A stretch of 64,000 nt of DNA. Origin: a virus (taxonomy: Duplodnaviria > Caudoviricetes). This document shows, piece by piece, positions 54,501 through 62,983 of the stretch. Position 1 is the first letter of the stretch, and every line of letters begins with the position of its first letter. A model generated the notes under the pieces. The model was given only the letters and a program-made list of their open reading frames with translations, did not search any database and was not told the origin of the DNA. The DNA lies in the IMG/VR virus record IMGVR_UViG_3300033407_000006, positions 10,877 to 74,876 of that record; one strand, given 5' to 3'. Made by a program: the position numbers and the translations under genes.

Positions 54501-54905
54501 TGACGGGTCCAGGACGTTGCCGTTGACGAAGCCATTGGCCTTCAGGGCGTCCCAGACGCCTTCGGCGACATGCTTGGGGGTGTAATATTCGTACTGGCTG
54601 TTCTGGGTAAGCCCACCGCGTCCGCTGTATTGCTTCAGGGTTTCAATCTGCTCCGGGGTCAGGTCTCCGGGGCGGGGGTTGCTGTCCAGAATCTTGCGGG
54701 CCTCCTCGTTGATGCGCTCGCGGGTTTTGATGCCGCTGGCCTTGAGGCCGTACTCGCTCGTCTCGTCCTTGTAGCTGGTCCGGTTCTCGGGCTGCTTCGG
54801 CTTCACGGACAGGCCGAAGATAGCCGAAAACGACTCCTTGACCTCCCTGATGCTGGTTGCGCCACGGATTGCCGCCAGGGCTTCGGCGCGGGTCATGTTG
54901 GGCAT
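48552..54905 (-). CDS. darB: DarB-like N6-methyltransferase/SNF2 helicase (2117 aa)
   Basis: VLDPSTGHG, TNVPFG, GFDVGVGKT, ITDESH, LSATP, EVGLNLQ, QRNGRGLRQGN. Confidence 0.92.
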   Translation of the reverse strand: MPNMTRAEALAAIRGATSIREVKESFSAIFGLSVKPKQPENRTSYKDETSEYGLKASGIKTRERINEEARKILDSNPRPGDLTPEQIETLKQYSGRGGLTQNSQYEYYTPKHVAEGVWDALKANGFVNGNVLDPSTGHGMFSATKPKGDVIVTGCDIDKDGSQIAALLNPEDKISNKPFEQLVMDTPDGTFDSCVTNVPFGNARGASRHIDKAFRNESSLERYFITRILDKIKPGGLAVLICPTSVVGNKQAAWQNWRRGISRKAEFLGAHKLPSKTFASQGTDTVTDVVVLRKHIAEVAAKLEELDKDTLESTRVFFDEFIEGRYWLGEGKRFIMGQYFPKVDGDRWSRERVDGDVDDAGLKARLAQKFASRIDWAALELVEPEAKNYAPGDRKTINGIEYEFGENGWTRLESADPDHPIDREQFGAGTVEELLDILNNPRTCLKLTAAQAWRAFKAYGDRMGALASESIQFAMSQNPKLSEQLWRGSIIGGMIGRYQNAVSDGAGDESERLALQELIVAEIERYGHPANNKKLNVTGSSSRAFGAFAASVDRNGAFSDLLAGTLEGTGRTLQFATDDVQAIVEHLFVREGITEIDLETIKDLYTGGRKIESMADLADVEGIAITPGGMIEPMGRYCSGDIFPKIAALYDAAASEKDERLRAKFLSQVRRIDELRPRIDPERLTFSLRSKWIDKKYPLAFLRQFGFPKARYGAVELVTTENPYNGQTEEKKQFVENTDNPFGEWQLEAGKSLQKERNQFEKYLNGDNVRGGNRADATASEAKTEYFEYIQGIEEQFNAWMKSHGDISDVLDAYDRKYNGYLPFEHSGEDLGLRNVSGQITLKPHQNEEIRNRSEMGGGLIGFDVGVGKTFTALGLYAYNKQMGRSKRTCIAVPNSVLSNWYHESKTFLGNMDQVLFVGLEPELGKDGTVMQEPVLDEEGNQATDKNGNPMWRDRLIVRNDREDVLRDMWRIPQSNYSLIVMTHEKLKDIPVKPATMSAFVDKWTKRGLMDEKTLKDAEKNDKVSYGDAVKAERLEGDLSNIGDKKDQLPYLEDLGFTDIITDESHAFKNSFAGGEKTSSLAFVSQINPSQRGLDMQLKADVIREMNGGRGVYQLSATPVTNSPLEIFNSLAQVIPFEEFEARGISNPDDFMREFGETAMVDKLTVAAETVTKEGLVGFKNLDGLRALFNKYATLKNANDVGLELPEGEELNEEVGMAPEQETNYERLRREASDMLKGVPSANPRPIFSIMRDMETVTTDMDLFRGVITFHFQASEKSKVDALLAAQKESIEISVTPRIGDPDFNEDLSEQGKPQKAIKRTIRLADALVKKESGETYIVTVNQGYEGEIVKKFGKFKIDPQSVSHPLTPKYAKLVENCRTEVEANGKQIIFTDEKTQHGKLRRILAHNLGMDETKIAIINADEAKDDVVQQIAAAYNSGSVRIVIANKKAEVGLNLQKGTTGIHHLTFPWTPASITQRNGRGLRQGNTAGKVRIYYYQAKRSFDSYRLNTLNTKKGWLNELFSKNGEATAKNANATDTDELMLMFEADPEAAKQKLAEIRKAKEEKDRERSRAASVNKLQVLASNEAALSKLEAGREEQRKNLAEEIRTLTLEIDALKTKGQSATGDERKSIGSKIGKKQDNLKKAENLLATLDVRFDAKKTDLAAKITRTKLELKAKAAKNDLPFDAELIERAGEVLSTPGGKLVAVGDTWEYRADSSTTRIFKIKEVNHELRGFTAEMIIGNSLPATKFEYAKDFEGKTVHGWREIRTLDREEAMQVTYSEAELNLVKVLNTEFAYADLAAGIDKETFLEHYDKVKVQVYNPVFVRNPDGGVAFDYFDREKNTLLYPDKNDSSFREIAFKFYLGMVRSGASSLYAVKRTMAELFGAGFETQAVEYGTRATQGDVLEALASAHEAFVESAKAANTSGPWTDAILKEAINNGGYYGPWRSVGSWSTALQSAGFALGDNRAEIQQWANDFMKAKKSEIDGRAQAIKEEAERIARAEQEEAELAKQEALKADPNYKEVPENIVEAFRKIGMIVKINTGNLVVSRKTFAPFSRLLIQDTKGWNGNLRARKETLKARYDAKYFSDEPGEFKGSWWHVPSTVNLEDLYEILS

Positions 54906-54939
54906 GGCATTGCTCCTGAAAGTGAAAGTTGGATGTCAC

Positions 54940-54970
54940 ATTGTAAGGGGGCGGGGCGCAGCGATAAACA
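54940..54970 (-). promoter_or_regulatory. Putative late promoter TGTTTATC-N17-TACAAT upstream of darB
   Basis: Third copy of the motif. Confidence 0.6.
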
Positions 54971-56104
54971 TCAGTTTGCGGTCTTCTCTTTTTCCCTGCG
55001 GTATCGGTTGAGGAAGACATCGGCTTCGGCCTGCCTCAGCTTGTGCAGATCGGCCACCACGGCAACGCCCCGGCGAAGGGCGACCTCAACCACGATGGTC
55101 ACGTTCTGCATGGCGTCTGCTGCCGAAAGCAGGATTGAGGCGTCGCGGCGATTGGCTTCTGTCGGCAAGATTTCCGCCGGGTTCGCAATGGCCTCGCGCA
55201 TGGTTTCGGCGTCGCGCTTGTAGAGGCGGTCCCGGTACTTCTTCGCGGCATTGGCCGCCGCGTTGGCGTCAAGGACAACCGCCTGATCCCCGAATTCGAG
55301 TCCCATGGCCGCGACCTCTTCCAGGACGCGCCCGCGCAAGCGACCGATCACGGACGGCCCCGCATTCCATGGGAGTTGATTCGGCAAAGAGGGCAGGGAC
55401 GCGGCGGATTCAAAAATCCCGTACTCGGCAGGCTTTGAGGTGTCGCCTTCCTTGGCCCAGCGCTTGAACTGTTCGATGCTCATGGAGACGGTTTCGCCCA
55501 TGGTCCAGCCCTCTGCGTAATTGGCCTTGTACCCTTCGATAGCCTCTTCACGGTAGCTGAAACCCAGCATGACCTTGTGCTCGTCGAACTGCCCGTCTTC
55601 GTCCACCTGATTCACGATAAAGACAAGCCCTGAGTCATGGTGCGGCCCGATGAATACGTCCAGGTGATCCTTGTCCTTGCCCACGGTGCCCTTGATGTAA
55701 CCGTAATGGTGCGCCATGACGGTTTCCCACGGGGTTCCGTCCGGTGCCGTCCCGCTGCGGACGCTTCCGGCGGGGTTTTCGATGGAGATATCTAGGCCGT
55801 AAAGGCGCACATGCCCCATTTTGTACTGACCCGATAGCTTCTGGGCTTCGGTCGGCTCCGAATAAGCGTTGTGAGGGGAAGTCGCGGCTTCATGGGCCGC
55901 TGCATCCAAGGCCGTTGCGCTCTCCATGATCCCCATGCTGCGCTTGAAAACGCCGGTCACATAGCGCCAGAACTCTTCGCCGTCCGCCTCCGTCTTGCCG
56001 GTTTCCTCTTCGGCGATCTCCTTGGCCTGCTTCCAGCGCTTTTCGGCCTCAAGGAAACTCAGATCCGCCCGCCGCGCAAACGCCTTGACCAAATCACTCG
56101 GCAT
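54971..56104 (-). CDS. Polyvalent-type protein: inorganic-pyrophosphatase-like domain plus possible PBECR-like C-terminus
   Basis: ISIENPAGSVRSG...HYGYIKGTVGKDKDHLDVFIGP...FDEHKVMLGF. Confidence 0.75.
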   Translation of the reverse strand: MPSDLVKAFARRADLSFLEAEKRWKQAKEIAEEETGKTEADGEEFWRYVTGVFKRSMGIMESATALDAAAHEAATSPHNAYSEPTEAQKLSGQYKMGHVRLYGLDISIENPAGSVRSGTAPDGTPWETVMAHHYGYIKGTVGKDKDHLDVFIGPHHDSGLVFIVNQVDEDGQFDEHKVMLGFSYREEAIEGYKANYAEGWTMGETVSMSIEQFKRWAKEGDTSKPAEYGIFESAASLPSLPNQLPWNAGPSVIGRLRGRVLEEVAAMGLEFGDQAVVLDANAAANAAKKYRDRLYKRDAETMREAIANPAEILPTEANRRDASILLSAADAMQNVTIVVEVALRRGVAVVADLHKLRQAEADVFLNRYRREKEKTAN

Positions 56105-56426
56105 CGTCTTCTTCCTCTTCTTCCTCGAACAGGCCCCAGGGATCGTCTTCGTGGGGGACATAGCCCAGCACGGCAAGATCGGTGATGCGCCCCTGATGGG
56201 CCAGCATCGTCAAAGCCTCATGAAGCTGCCTGGGGCTGGCGCTGTTCACATCGATGATCTTGCCGTCCGCGTCGGTCTGGTCCCGCAAAAGATCCTGAAT
56301 GTGTGCCGGGTAGAAGCCGCTGTAAAAAACCGTCGAAGTCTTGTTCCAAGGGGAGATGACGGTGACGGTACTCAGGCCGTAAGGGCTGGAGAAATTGAAA
56401 TAGTAGGGGAGTTTCGGATAGTTCAC
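56094..56426 (-). CDS. Acidic small protein (P1 hxr position)
   Basis: 110 aa, directly after the ddrB-position gene. Confidence 0.5.
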   Translation of the reverse strand: MNYPKLPYYFNFSSPYGLSTVTVISPWNKTSTVFYSGFYPAHIQDLLRDQTDADGKIIDVNSASPRQLHEALTMLAHQGRITDLAVLGYVPHEDDPWGLFEEEEEEDDAE

Positions 56427-58243
56427 AGCGGGCCTCCTGCGAGAATGGAATCGGCATTATCAAGGACTTCCTGGGGCAGCTTCTTGGCGTAAGACAGGTT
56501 CATCAAGGAAAGAGGGCCGGTGCCGGGCTGCCCTGCGGCGATGTGAATCCACAAGATCCGCCTCAGCGCCTTTTCCGAGGTAAAATAACCAGACATTGAG
56601 CGTCTCCCGTTTTCGTTCTCTGGGCCATAGGCGTAGTACATGGGCGTCTTGCGTCCGTAACGCCGATATGTGTCCATCAGAAACCCGCGCTCGGTCCAGA
56701 AGTCGCCAGCCGCCGCGATTTTCTTTTCAAGCTGCTTCTCGAAATCAACCTTCTTGCCTTCCGTCTCAATCGCTTGCGCCTGCGCCGCTTGCTGCGCCTG
56801 AACCTTGTCCTCATCCGGGACCGGCGGCGTCGCGACGAAACCCAGCATGAAATTGAAGTGGTCCGGGTCTCTTTCCGCCAGCGTCATAAGACTGCGAGGA
56901 TCGGCAAAATACTGAAGCCCCATGGAAAAAACTTCGGTGATCCCGTTCGGGTAGCTCTTGCCGACATAGGGGTTGATAAAGCCGCCGTCCCATGCCCGCT
57001 CGCCGGGCTTGTAGTTCGCCCCGGTCATGGCCTTGAGGCCCTGGGCCCTCTTGCCCTCTTTGCGCCCGGTCCTGCGGTCAAGAAACTCGTTGGAAGCGGC
57101 CTTGTTGCGTTCATCGTCTTCGAGGACGTGGGCGAGTTCATGAAACAGGGTTGCCTTGCTGAACTCCCCGGCGACGTAGACCACGCCGGTCAAAGGCTGC
57201 GCCGCCGCCCGGCCACCACCCTTGAGGTCAAAGGAGATGCGGGACAACCGGCCCCCGGTCAGCCGGTAGAACTCGGTCATGTCCGACTTGAGCTTGCCGG
57301 TGTCATACCCTCTGCGCTTGAGCGCCGTCATTGAACGCTTGTCGGCCAAAACCATTGTGTCGAACCACTGATCGGCCTGTTCCTGGGAAACCTGCGACTG
57401 TTCTGAAATGGACTTCAGCAGCTTCTCCCCTTCAAGGGCCAGGGCAAGGCTCAACTCGAAAGCGGCAACTTTGGCCCGCTCCTGCGCTTCCGTTTGCTTG
57501 GCCGCCTGCTGCTCGAACCGCTCCCTCAATCCGTCGTTGACCTTGTAGGTAACTTGGTTCAACTCTTCGGCGGCTTTGTCCCTCGCCGCTCTCAGCTCCG
57601 GGCCGGGGTCGGCTCCGGTGCGGTCAAATTCCGCGTAAAACCTTTTCGCGGCCTCTTCATATCGCTGCTCTGCCGCCGCGTAGCCGTGCTTTTCTTTGAG
57701 TTCAGCTTGCGCTGCGGCAAAGTTGTACCTCCCGCCTTCTTGGGCCCGTTCGGCCCGAATTTTTTCCGCCTCGGCCCTGATCTCTGCTTCCGCCGCCGCC
57801 TTTCTGGAGAGTGCCGCGTCAATCGCCGTCCGGTTAAAACTGTGCTGCTTCATCAGTTCTTCACCCTTGGCCTTGAAGCTGTCCAGCGCGGCCTTGGCGT
57901 AGTCAGCCAGTGCCAGATATTTTTCCTTTACTCCGGCGGCCTCAAGCACCCTGTCGCCGTCGAATGTTCGCGCACCTCCACCGTTGATTTTCTTCTGGAG
58001 AATCCACTGTTCATCCAGGCCAAGGTCAGGATCGGCCAAGCGTCGGGCCAGCGGCAAGCGTTCCTTGATGACCTGAACTTGCGACGCAACGTAGTCGCCG
58101 AAGGTTTTGATAAAAGCGTCTTCGATGTCCGCCAAGGTTGCCGCCTGCACCAGCAATGCGGAAGCCTTGTCCGCTCGCGGCCCCGCCTCGAATATCGCCA
58201 CCAGCCCGCGCCAATCGTGGGCTTCCTCATAAATCGGGTCCAT
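56423..58243 (-). CDS. DdrB-position protein with zincin-like HExxH metallopeptidase domain
   Basis: LFHELAHVLE, YVGK.Y....TEVFSMG. Confidence 0.7.
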   Translation of the reverse strand: MDPIYEEAHDWRGLVAIFEAGPRADKASALLVQAATLADIEDAFIKTFGDYVASQVQVIKERLPLARRLADPDLGLDEQWILQKKINGGGARTFDGDRVLEAAGVKEKYLALADYAKAALDSFKAKGEELMKQHSFNRTAIDAALSRKAAAEAEIRAEAEKIRAERAQEGGRYNFAAAQAELKEKHGYAAAEQRYEEAAKRFYAEFDRTGADPGPELRAARDKAAEELNQVTYKVNDGLRERFEQQAAKQTEAQERAKVAAFELSLALALEGEKLLKSISEQSQVSQEQADQWFDTMVLADKRSMTALKRRGYDTGKLKSDMTEFYRLTGGRLSRISFDLKGGGRAAAQPLTGVVYVAGEFSKATLFHELAHVLEDDERNKAASNEFLDRRTGRKEGKRAQGLKAMTGANYKPGERAWDGGFINPYVGKSYPNGITEVFSMGLQYFADPRSLMTLAERDPDHFNFMLGFVATPPVPDEDKVQAQQAAQAQAIETEGKKVDFEKQLEKKIAAAGDFWTERGFLMDTYRRYGRKTPMYYAYGPENENGRRSMSGYFTSEKALRRILWIHIAAGQPGTGPLSLMNLSYAKKLPQEVLDNADSILAGGPL

Positions 58244-58298
58244 GATTTCCCCTGCTATGAAAAAGCCCGCCCCGGTGAAGGGCGGGCCGTGTTCGCCG

Positions 58299-59669
58299 TT
58301 ACGCTGCCCCGCAGAGCATCGCGGTGATGGATTCGAGGATGATGTCGCCCTCGTTCGCCTCGATATAGGAGATCGCGGCGGGAATCAGGCTCTTGACCTC
58401 GCCGGTGATTTCTGCGGCCTCTTGGAACAAGGCGAGGAACTGAGCCGGGGTCTTGTCGTTGTGCTTTCCGCTCAAGAGATCGGTGATACGGGGGTCTTGC
58501 TTGGGAGGAAGGTGCCTGCGGATCGCCGCAACAATGTCGGCAACCGTTCCACCCTTGGCAAGCTCCACGACGGCTGCCCCTGCTGGCGCAGAACTACTCG
58601 GATTGTAAACCGTCACGTCAGAGCGATTGGAAATCTTGATCTCCAGTGCAGACCCGTCCACTGTGAGTTTGGCCTCGTCCCAGAAATCCGAATCGCCATT
58701 CATCTTCCCCCACTGGCCCAGCTTGCCGCCCACTTCTTCGGCAGCCTTCTCGGCGGCCTTTCGGGCCTCTTCTTTCAGGGCGTTTTCTTTGGAATCCTCT
58801 TCGCCCTTGCCCTTCAAACTCCCCAGCGTCTTCGGCTCAAAATAGAAATCCAGCTCCACGCCGTATTTCAGCAGCTCCTTGATGCTGATGTACCCGAGTT
58901 CGGCGTTTTGCTTGTCGCCATTCAGGACCGCATAGCCGAAGGCCTGAAGCTGCTCGGCTTCGCTATCCTTCTCGGTGATGTACCAATCGGAACTGTTTTT
59001 GAAGTAATGCAGGAAGACCTTCGCCTTGTCTCCGAGGCCGTCCTGTCCGTAAACCTTCGGCATGGTGCGGATTCGCTCGGCAAGCTCGGCCATTTTATCC
59101 AGGAAAAATTGGCCCTCTTCGCCCCGGATTCCCTGGGCAACGGCCTCAATCTGGCTGGTGCCCATGAATTCCTTGAGAACGGGCAGATCGCGCTTGATGA
59201 AGGTGTCGCGGGTGTTGACCTGCGGCTCGACCTTGGCCGGGGCTTTGCCCTGAAGCGTCGAAACTCCGGTACTGACCTCCTTTTGCTTGGCCCGCTTCTC
59301 GGCGAAACTCAGCTTGCCGCGCAGGGCCGTCACGCCTTCGCGCACGGTCTTTTGAAGCTGCCGCTTCTCGCCGAAGGAAAGAGCGGACTCCAGCAACATC
59401 CCCCATCGCTGGTTCAGGATGTCGTACTCCTTCATGAACCGGATCGCCGTCTTCTGGGCATCCTGCGGCCCGGCCACGTCTTCATGGTAGAGCACCTTCT
59501 TCGCCTTCTGGGCCAGAACGCGGAAGCCGTTGGGAAGCGCCATGACCGTGACGTATTCATTGGCCTTGCGCTCATAGGTCTTGCGGTTGTCGGGTTGCGC
59601 GACCGCAGCCCCCCGGAGTGTCCAGGGGGCGGGGATTTTCATGTCGGGGATCTGGGCCACCATTTTCAT
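58299..59669 (-). CDS. Dar-operon protein with DUF2958-like domain
   Basis: HYF..SSDWYITE.D....AFG.......AELGYISI.EL....ELDFYF. Confidence 0.7.
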   Translation of the reverse strand: MKMVAQIPDMKIPAPWTLRGAAVAQPDNRKTYERKANEYVTVMALPNGFRVLAQKAKKVLYHEDVAGPQDAQKTAIRFMKEYDILNQRWGMLLESALSFGEKRQLQKTVREGVTALRGKLSFAEKRAKQKEVSTGVSTLQGKAPAKVEPQVNTRDTFIKRDLPVLKEFMGTSQIEAVAQGIRGEEGQFFLDKMAELAERIRTMPKVYGQDGLGDKAKVFLHYFKNSSDWYITEKDSEAEQLQAFGYAVLNGDKQNAELGYISIKELLKYGVELDFYFEPKTLGSLKGKGEEDSKENALKEEARKAAEKAAEEVGGKLGQWGKMNGDSDFWDEAKLTVDGSALEIKISNRSDVTVYNPSSSAPAGAAVVELAKGGTVADIVAAIRRHLPPKQDPRITDLLSGKHNDKTPAQFLALFQEAAEITGEVKSLIPAAISYIEANEGDIILESITAMLCGAA

Positions 59670-59682
59670 TGTGTCGTCTCCC

Positions 59683-61215
59683 TTATACGTTCGCGGCTTC
59701 TTCGGCCAGCTTCTCGGTGAGATAGTCCGCCGCTTCATTCAGGAGGTCGTCGTACTGCTCCATCAGGCCAGCGGCTTCCAGCGCTGCGGCGGCCTCGTCA
59801 AGGGCTGCGTCGATTTCGTCAATGCTCTCGTAACGCCCGTCGAGAATATCCCTGAGAATGCCGACGCCGGGGGAGAAGGCCGGGGCTTCACTCTCCTTGC
59901 CAGCCTGAGCCGCCCGAAGCTGAAGCACATATTCCGTCTTGTACGCGATGTCGTGGGGCGTGAGCTTGTGAAATTCGGCGTTGTCGATAATCGCCTGTTC
60001 GCCGTCCGCAAGCTCTCGGATCTGATCGGCGGAAAGCTCTTCCATCGCGGACTTGACATCCCACTGGATCGATTTCTTGTCCGATGCACTGAGAGCCACG
60101 GGGCCCGCCTGCTTACTCACCGGCACGAACTCGCTTCCGTTGTCGGTGTAGTCGATAACCTTCTGGTCCTGGTCCCGGACAACGCGGACGTTTGCGAATT
60201 TGCCGTATGCCTGCTGCATCCATCCGTCAAGTTCGTCCTGGCCCAGGGTTTCCTTGTTCGACAGGCTTCCGTCCAGGTTGCGCTTGTAGACGGTGTAGGT
60301 GTAGGGGCCGTTTTTGCCTCCGGCTGCCCCGCCTTTGCCCTCGTTCCCGGTCTGCTTCGCCTGGAGCGCCGCCAGCTCGTTTTCGAGTTCGGCGTTTCTG
60401 GCCTTGAGCGCGTCAAGGTCGGCCTGCGCCTTCCGGATCTGCTCATCGATGGCCGCCAGGGTTGCGGCGACATCGTTGGCGCTGTTCACGCGGGTTTCGT
60501 TGGCTTCCTGCTCCTGGGCAAGAACGGTGTCAAGTTCGGTGAGCTTGGCCTTCTGCTCAAGGACTTCCTGATTGCGCTTCTGGAAGCGGCTGCTGTTCTT
60601 CTCCGCCAGCATGGCAACGCGCTTGCCCACCTCCACAAGGGAAACGTCGCCCTCGCCCTCGGGGGAGACGGCAACGGTGATATCCCGCTTGTTCAGCAGC
60701 CACCGGAACGCGAGAATTTCATCGTCCGGCATGATCTTCATCTTGTTGTTGTCGGGGCTGTGGAACACGATGGAAACAACCTGCCCGTCCGAAAGGGGAA
60801 GCTGCACGGTTACGGTTGCGAACAGGCCGGTTTTGCGGGGCTTGCCGATAAGGGGCTCTCCCACGGTGATGCCGCTGTCGGCAAAATGGCGGCTCATGGC
60901 CCGCTTGAGCGCCGTCATGGTCTGCATCGTCCTGGAGTATTTGCGCACCCGCACGGCCTCGAAGATCATTTCTTCGGTGTAGAGCCTGCCGGTGTCGATT
61001 CCCATCATGTCAGCGGCATCCTGAGCGGACATGACTTCGCCGGGGTTGTAGCACTCTTCGATCTCTTCGATACCAGCGCATTCGCAGATCATGTGCGCGT
61101 CGCGCTTCGCCATGATCAGACCGGCATAGGCCTTGTCGAGCCCCGCCGGGGTAAAGCCTTTGGCGTAAGGGTCTTCCCCCAGGTGATAGCGCTTGCCTTC
61201 GTGGATCTTGTTCAT
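59683..61215 (-). CDS. darA: DarA-like defence-against-restriction protein
   Basis: VQLPLSDGQVVSIVFHSP...AFRWLLNKRDIT..VSPE...NS.RFQ, follows hdf. Confidence 0.85.
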   Translation of the reverse strand: MNKIHEGKRYHLGEDPYAKGFTPAGLDKAYAGLIMAKRDAHMICECAGIEEIEECYNPGEVMSAQDAADMMGIDTGRLYTEEMIFEAVRVRKYSRTMQTMTALKRAMSRHFADSGITVGEPLIGKPRKTGLFATVTVQLPLSDGQVVSIVFHSPDNNKMKIMPDDEILAFRWLLNKRDITVAVSPEGEGDVSLVEVGKRVAMLAEKNSSRFQKRNQEVLEQKAKLTELDTVLAQEQEANETRVNSANDVAATLAAIDEQIRKAQADLDALKARNAELENELAALQAKQTGNEGKGGAAGGKNGPYTYTVYKRNLDGSLSNKETLGQDELDGWMQQAYGKFANVRVVRDQDQKVIDYTDNGSEFVPVSKQAGPVALSASDKKSIQWDVKSAMEELSADQIRELADGEQAIIDNAEFHKLTPHDIAYKTEYVLQLRAAQAGKESEAPAFSPGVGILRDILDGRYESIDEIDAALDEAAAALEAAGLMEQYDDLLNEAADYLTEKLAEEAANV

Positions 61216-61228
61216 CGGTCAATCTCCT

Positions 61229-61825
61229 TTACGCTGCCTTGAGGGCGTCGATTTGATTTTGCAGTTCTTCGCCGCGCTGCTGCTCGCTGCGGATCTGTCC
61301 GTTCAGCTCCGTCAGCGTTGCGTCCTTGGTGCTGGCCTCGGATTGGAGATCCGTCAAGCGGCGTCCGGCCTCTTCATTGTCCGCCTGGAGCTGCGCCAGG
61401 GCCGCGCTCTTGGCGTCAATCTGCTCCTGGAAGGAAGAGCTGCCCCCCTTGAGAGACGGAAGGGCGACGCGGGCCTTGCGGACGGCTGCGCGTTCGCGGT
61501 TCTTGGCGAAGCTCGGGGCGTTCTGGGTGATGTAGTCGGCGACTTCCTTCATGAAGGTGTCGGGCTCATGGTACTTCTTGATCGCCAACAGCTTGTTGTT
61601 CAGCTTGGCCTGATACAGGCTGCCCTCGGCCTTCACCTTCAGCTCCAGGACTTGACCGTCCTCGAAGGTCAACTTGGCGGCCTTGATGGGATACCCGGCT
61701 TCGCGCTTCTGGGTGTTGTTGGCCTCGATATCCGATACCTTGTGCCCCTCCCCCTTGAGGAAGGTCACGACGGACTTGAGCCCGGCCTTGTCGAATTTGC
61801 TGTAGTCGATTTTTACCTTTGCCAT
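61229..61825 (-). CDS. hdf: Hdf-like protein
   Basis: KREAGYPIK...FEDGQ.LEL.VK..GSLYQAKLN.K, coiled-coil C-terminus. Confidence 0.8.
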   Translation of the reverse strand: MAKVKIDYSKFDKAGLKSVVTFLKGEGHKVSDIEANNTQKREAGYPIKAAKLTFEDGQVLELKVKAEGSLYQAKLNNKLLAIKKYHEPDTFMKEVADYITQNAPSFAKNRERAAVRKARVALPSLKGGSSSFQEQIDAKSAALAQLQADNEEAGRRLTDLQSEASTKDATLTELNGQIRSEQQRGEELQNQIDALKAA

Positions 61826-61852
61826 GTTGGGGCTCCTTTGGGGCTATTTGTT

Positions 61853-62974
61853 TTACGAGAGGTTCCAACCGGAAACTTCGAGTCTTCCTGATGCGTTGCT
61901 GCCAGCACCGACAACTGTGCCGTCCGATTTGAGACCTATCGCGTGTAAGTCTCCAGCAGAAATGGCAACAATGTCGATCCATCCAGACGTGTCTATTGTT
62001 CCATATACCTCAAGTGCCGTTGAAACCAGAACAGTTCCATCCTGCTTGAGTCCGAGAACATACGATTGTCCAGCAGATATAGCAACGATCTCTGTCCACC
62101 ATGAGACATCTAAAAAATCAAAGCCCCAAGCGTCTTTACCGCACGTTACCGCCGTTCCATCAGACTTTAACCCGACAGAAAATGACGAGCCTGCGGCAAC
62201 TGACACAATATCTGTCCATGCAGAAACATCCAATTGACTAGAGGAGTTGTTCCCGGCTCCAATAACAGTGCCGTCAGACTTGACCCCCAAAGAAACTTCG
62301 TATCCGGCAGATATAGAAACGATTCCGGCCCACCCAGAAACATCTATCTGACCGAAATAGTTTGATCCCGTTCCGATAACAGTGCCGTCAGATTTAAGCC
62401 CAATGGAGTGGTAGTCTCCAGCGGAAATGGCAGTAATGCCCGTCCATTCGTTCGTGTTGATTTGGGCCGACGAGTTGTCTCCGATGGCCAAAACTGTTCC
62501 ATCGGACACAAGGCCCAGCGAGTGAGCATACCCGGCAGATAGTGACACGAGACCGGACCACCCGGATACACCTGTTTGCCCCAAAGCGTTGTCTCCCACC
62601 GCAAGGACTGAGCCGTCCGATTTAAGCCCGAGGGTATGATCTCCCCCCGCAGCTATTCTGTATGCCACGCTAACCCCACCAGACTCGACAATAACCATAA
62701 AATCCGAGATCTTTCCTTCCGGGCTCGTTAGCCTCAAAACACCTCCCGGCTCCTGCATCCCGGTCAGAACGGCCCGGTTCAGATCATCGGTTGTAACCGT
62801 TGCCCATCCGCCCACGGCCTCCCAGGCAAACAGGGCCCGGTTCGGCCCGGCCCCTGCCCCCCACTTCCAGAGAATGTCGAACACGCCGGGGGAAACCTCG
62901 AAAATAGAAAAGAAACCGGCCCCTTTCCGGGCCTTTTCGGGGTTCATCGCTATGCGCCCGAAGCCGTTTGCCAT
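61853..62974 (-). CDS. RCC1/BLIP-II-repeat beta-propeller protein
   Basis: Seven ~38-aa repeats (ISAG..HS.GLKSDGTV...G.N..GQ.DVS.W), lower GC in the repeats. Confidence 0.9.
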   Translation of the reverse strand: MANGFGRIAMNPEKARKGAGFFSIFEVSPGVFDILWKWGAGAGPNRALFAWEAVGGWATVTTDDLNRAVLTGMQEPGGVLRLTSPEGKISDFMVIVESGGVSVAYRIAAGGDHTLGLKSDGSVLAVGDNALGQTGVSGWSGLVSLSAGYAHSLGLVSDGTVLAIGDNSSAQINTNEWTGITAISAGDYHSIGLKSDGTVIGTGSNYFGQIDVSGWAGIVSISAGYEVSLGVKSDGTVIGAGNNSSSQLDVSAWTDIVSVAAGSSFSVGLKSDGTAVTCGKDAWGFDFLDVSWWTEIVAISAGQSYVLGLKQDGTVLVSTALEVYGTIDTSGWIDIVAISAGDLHAIGLKSDGTVVGAGSNASGRLEVSGWNLS

Positions 62975-62983
62975 GGGATTATC

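Noticed and set aside
44490-61242. Long plus-strand ORFs opposite prt, darB and darA (510, 726, 492, 553 aa)
   Set aside because: Antisense shadows typical of GC-rich coding DNA.
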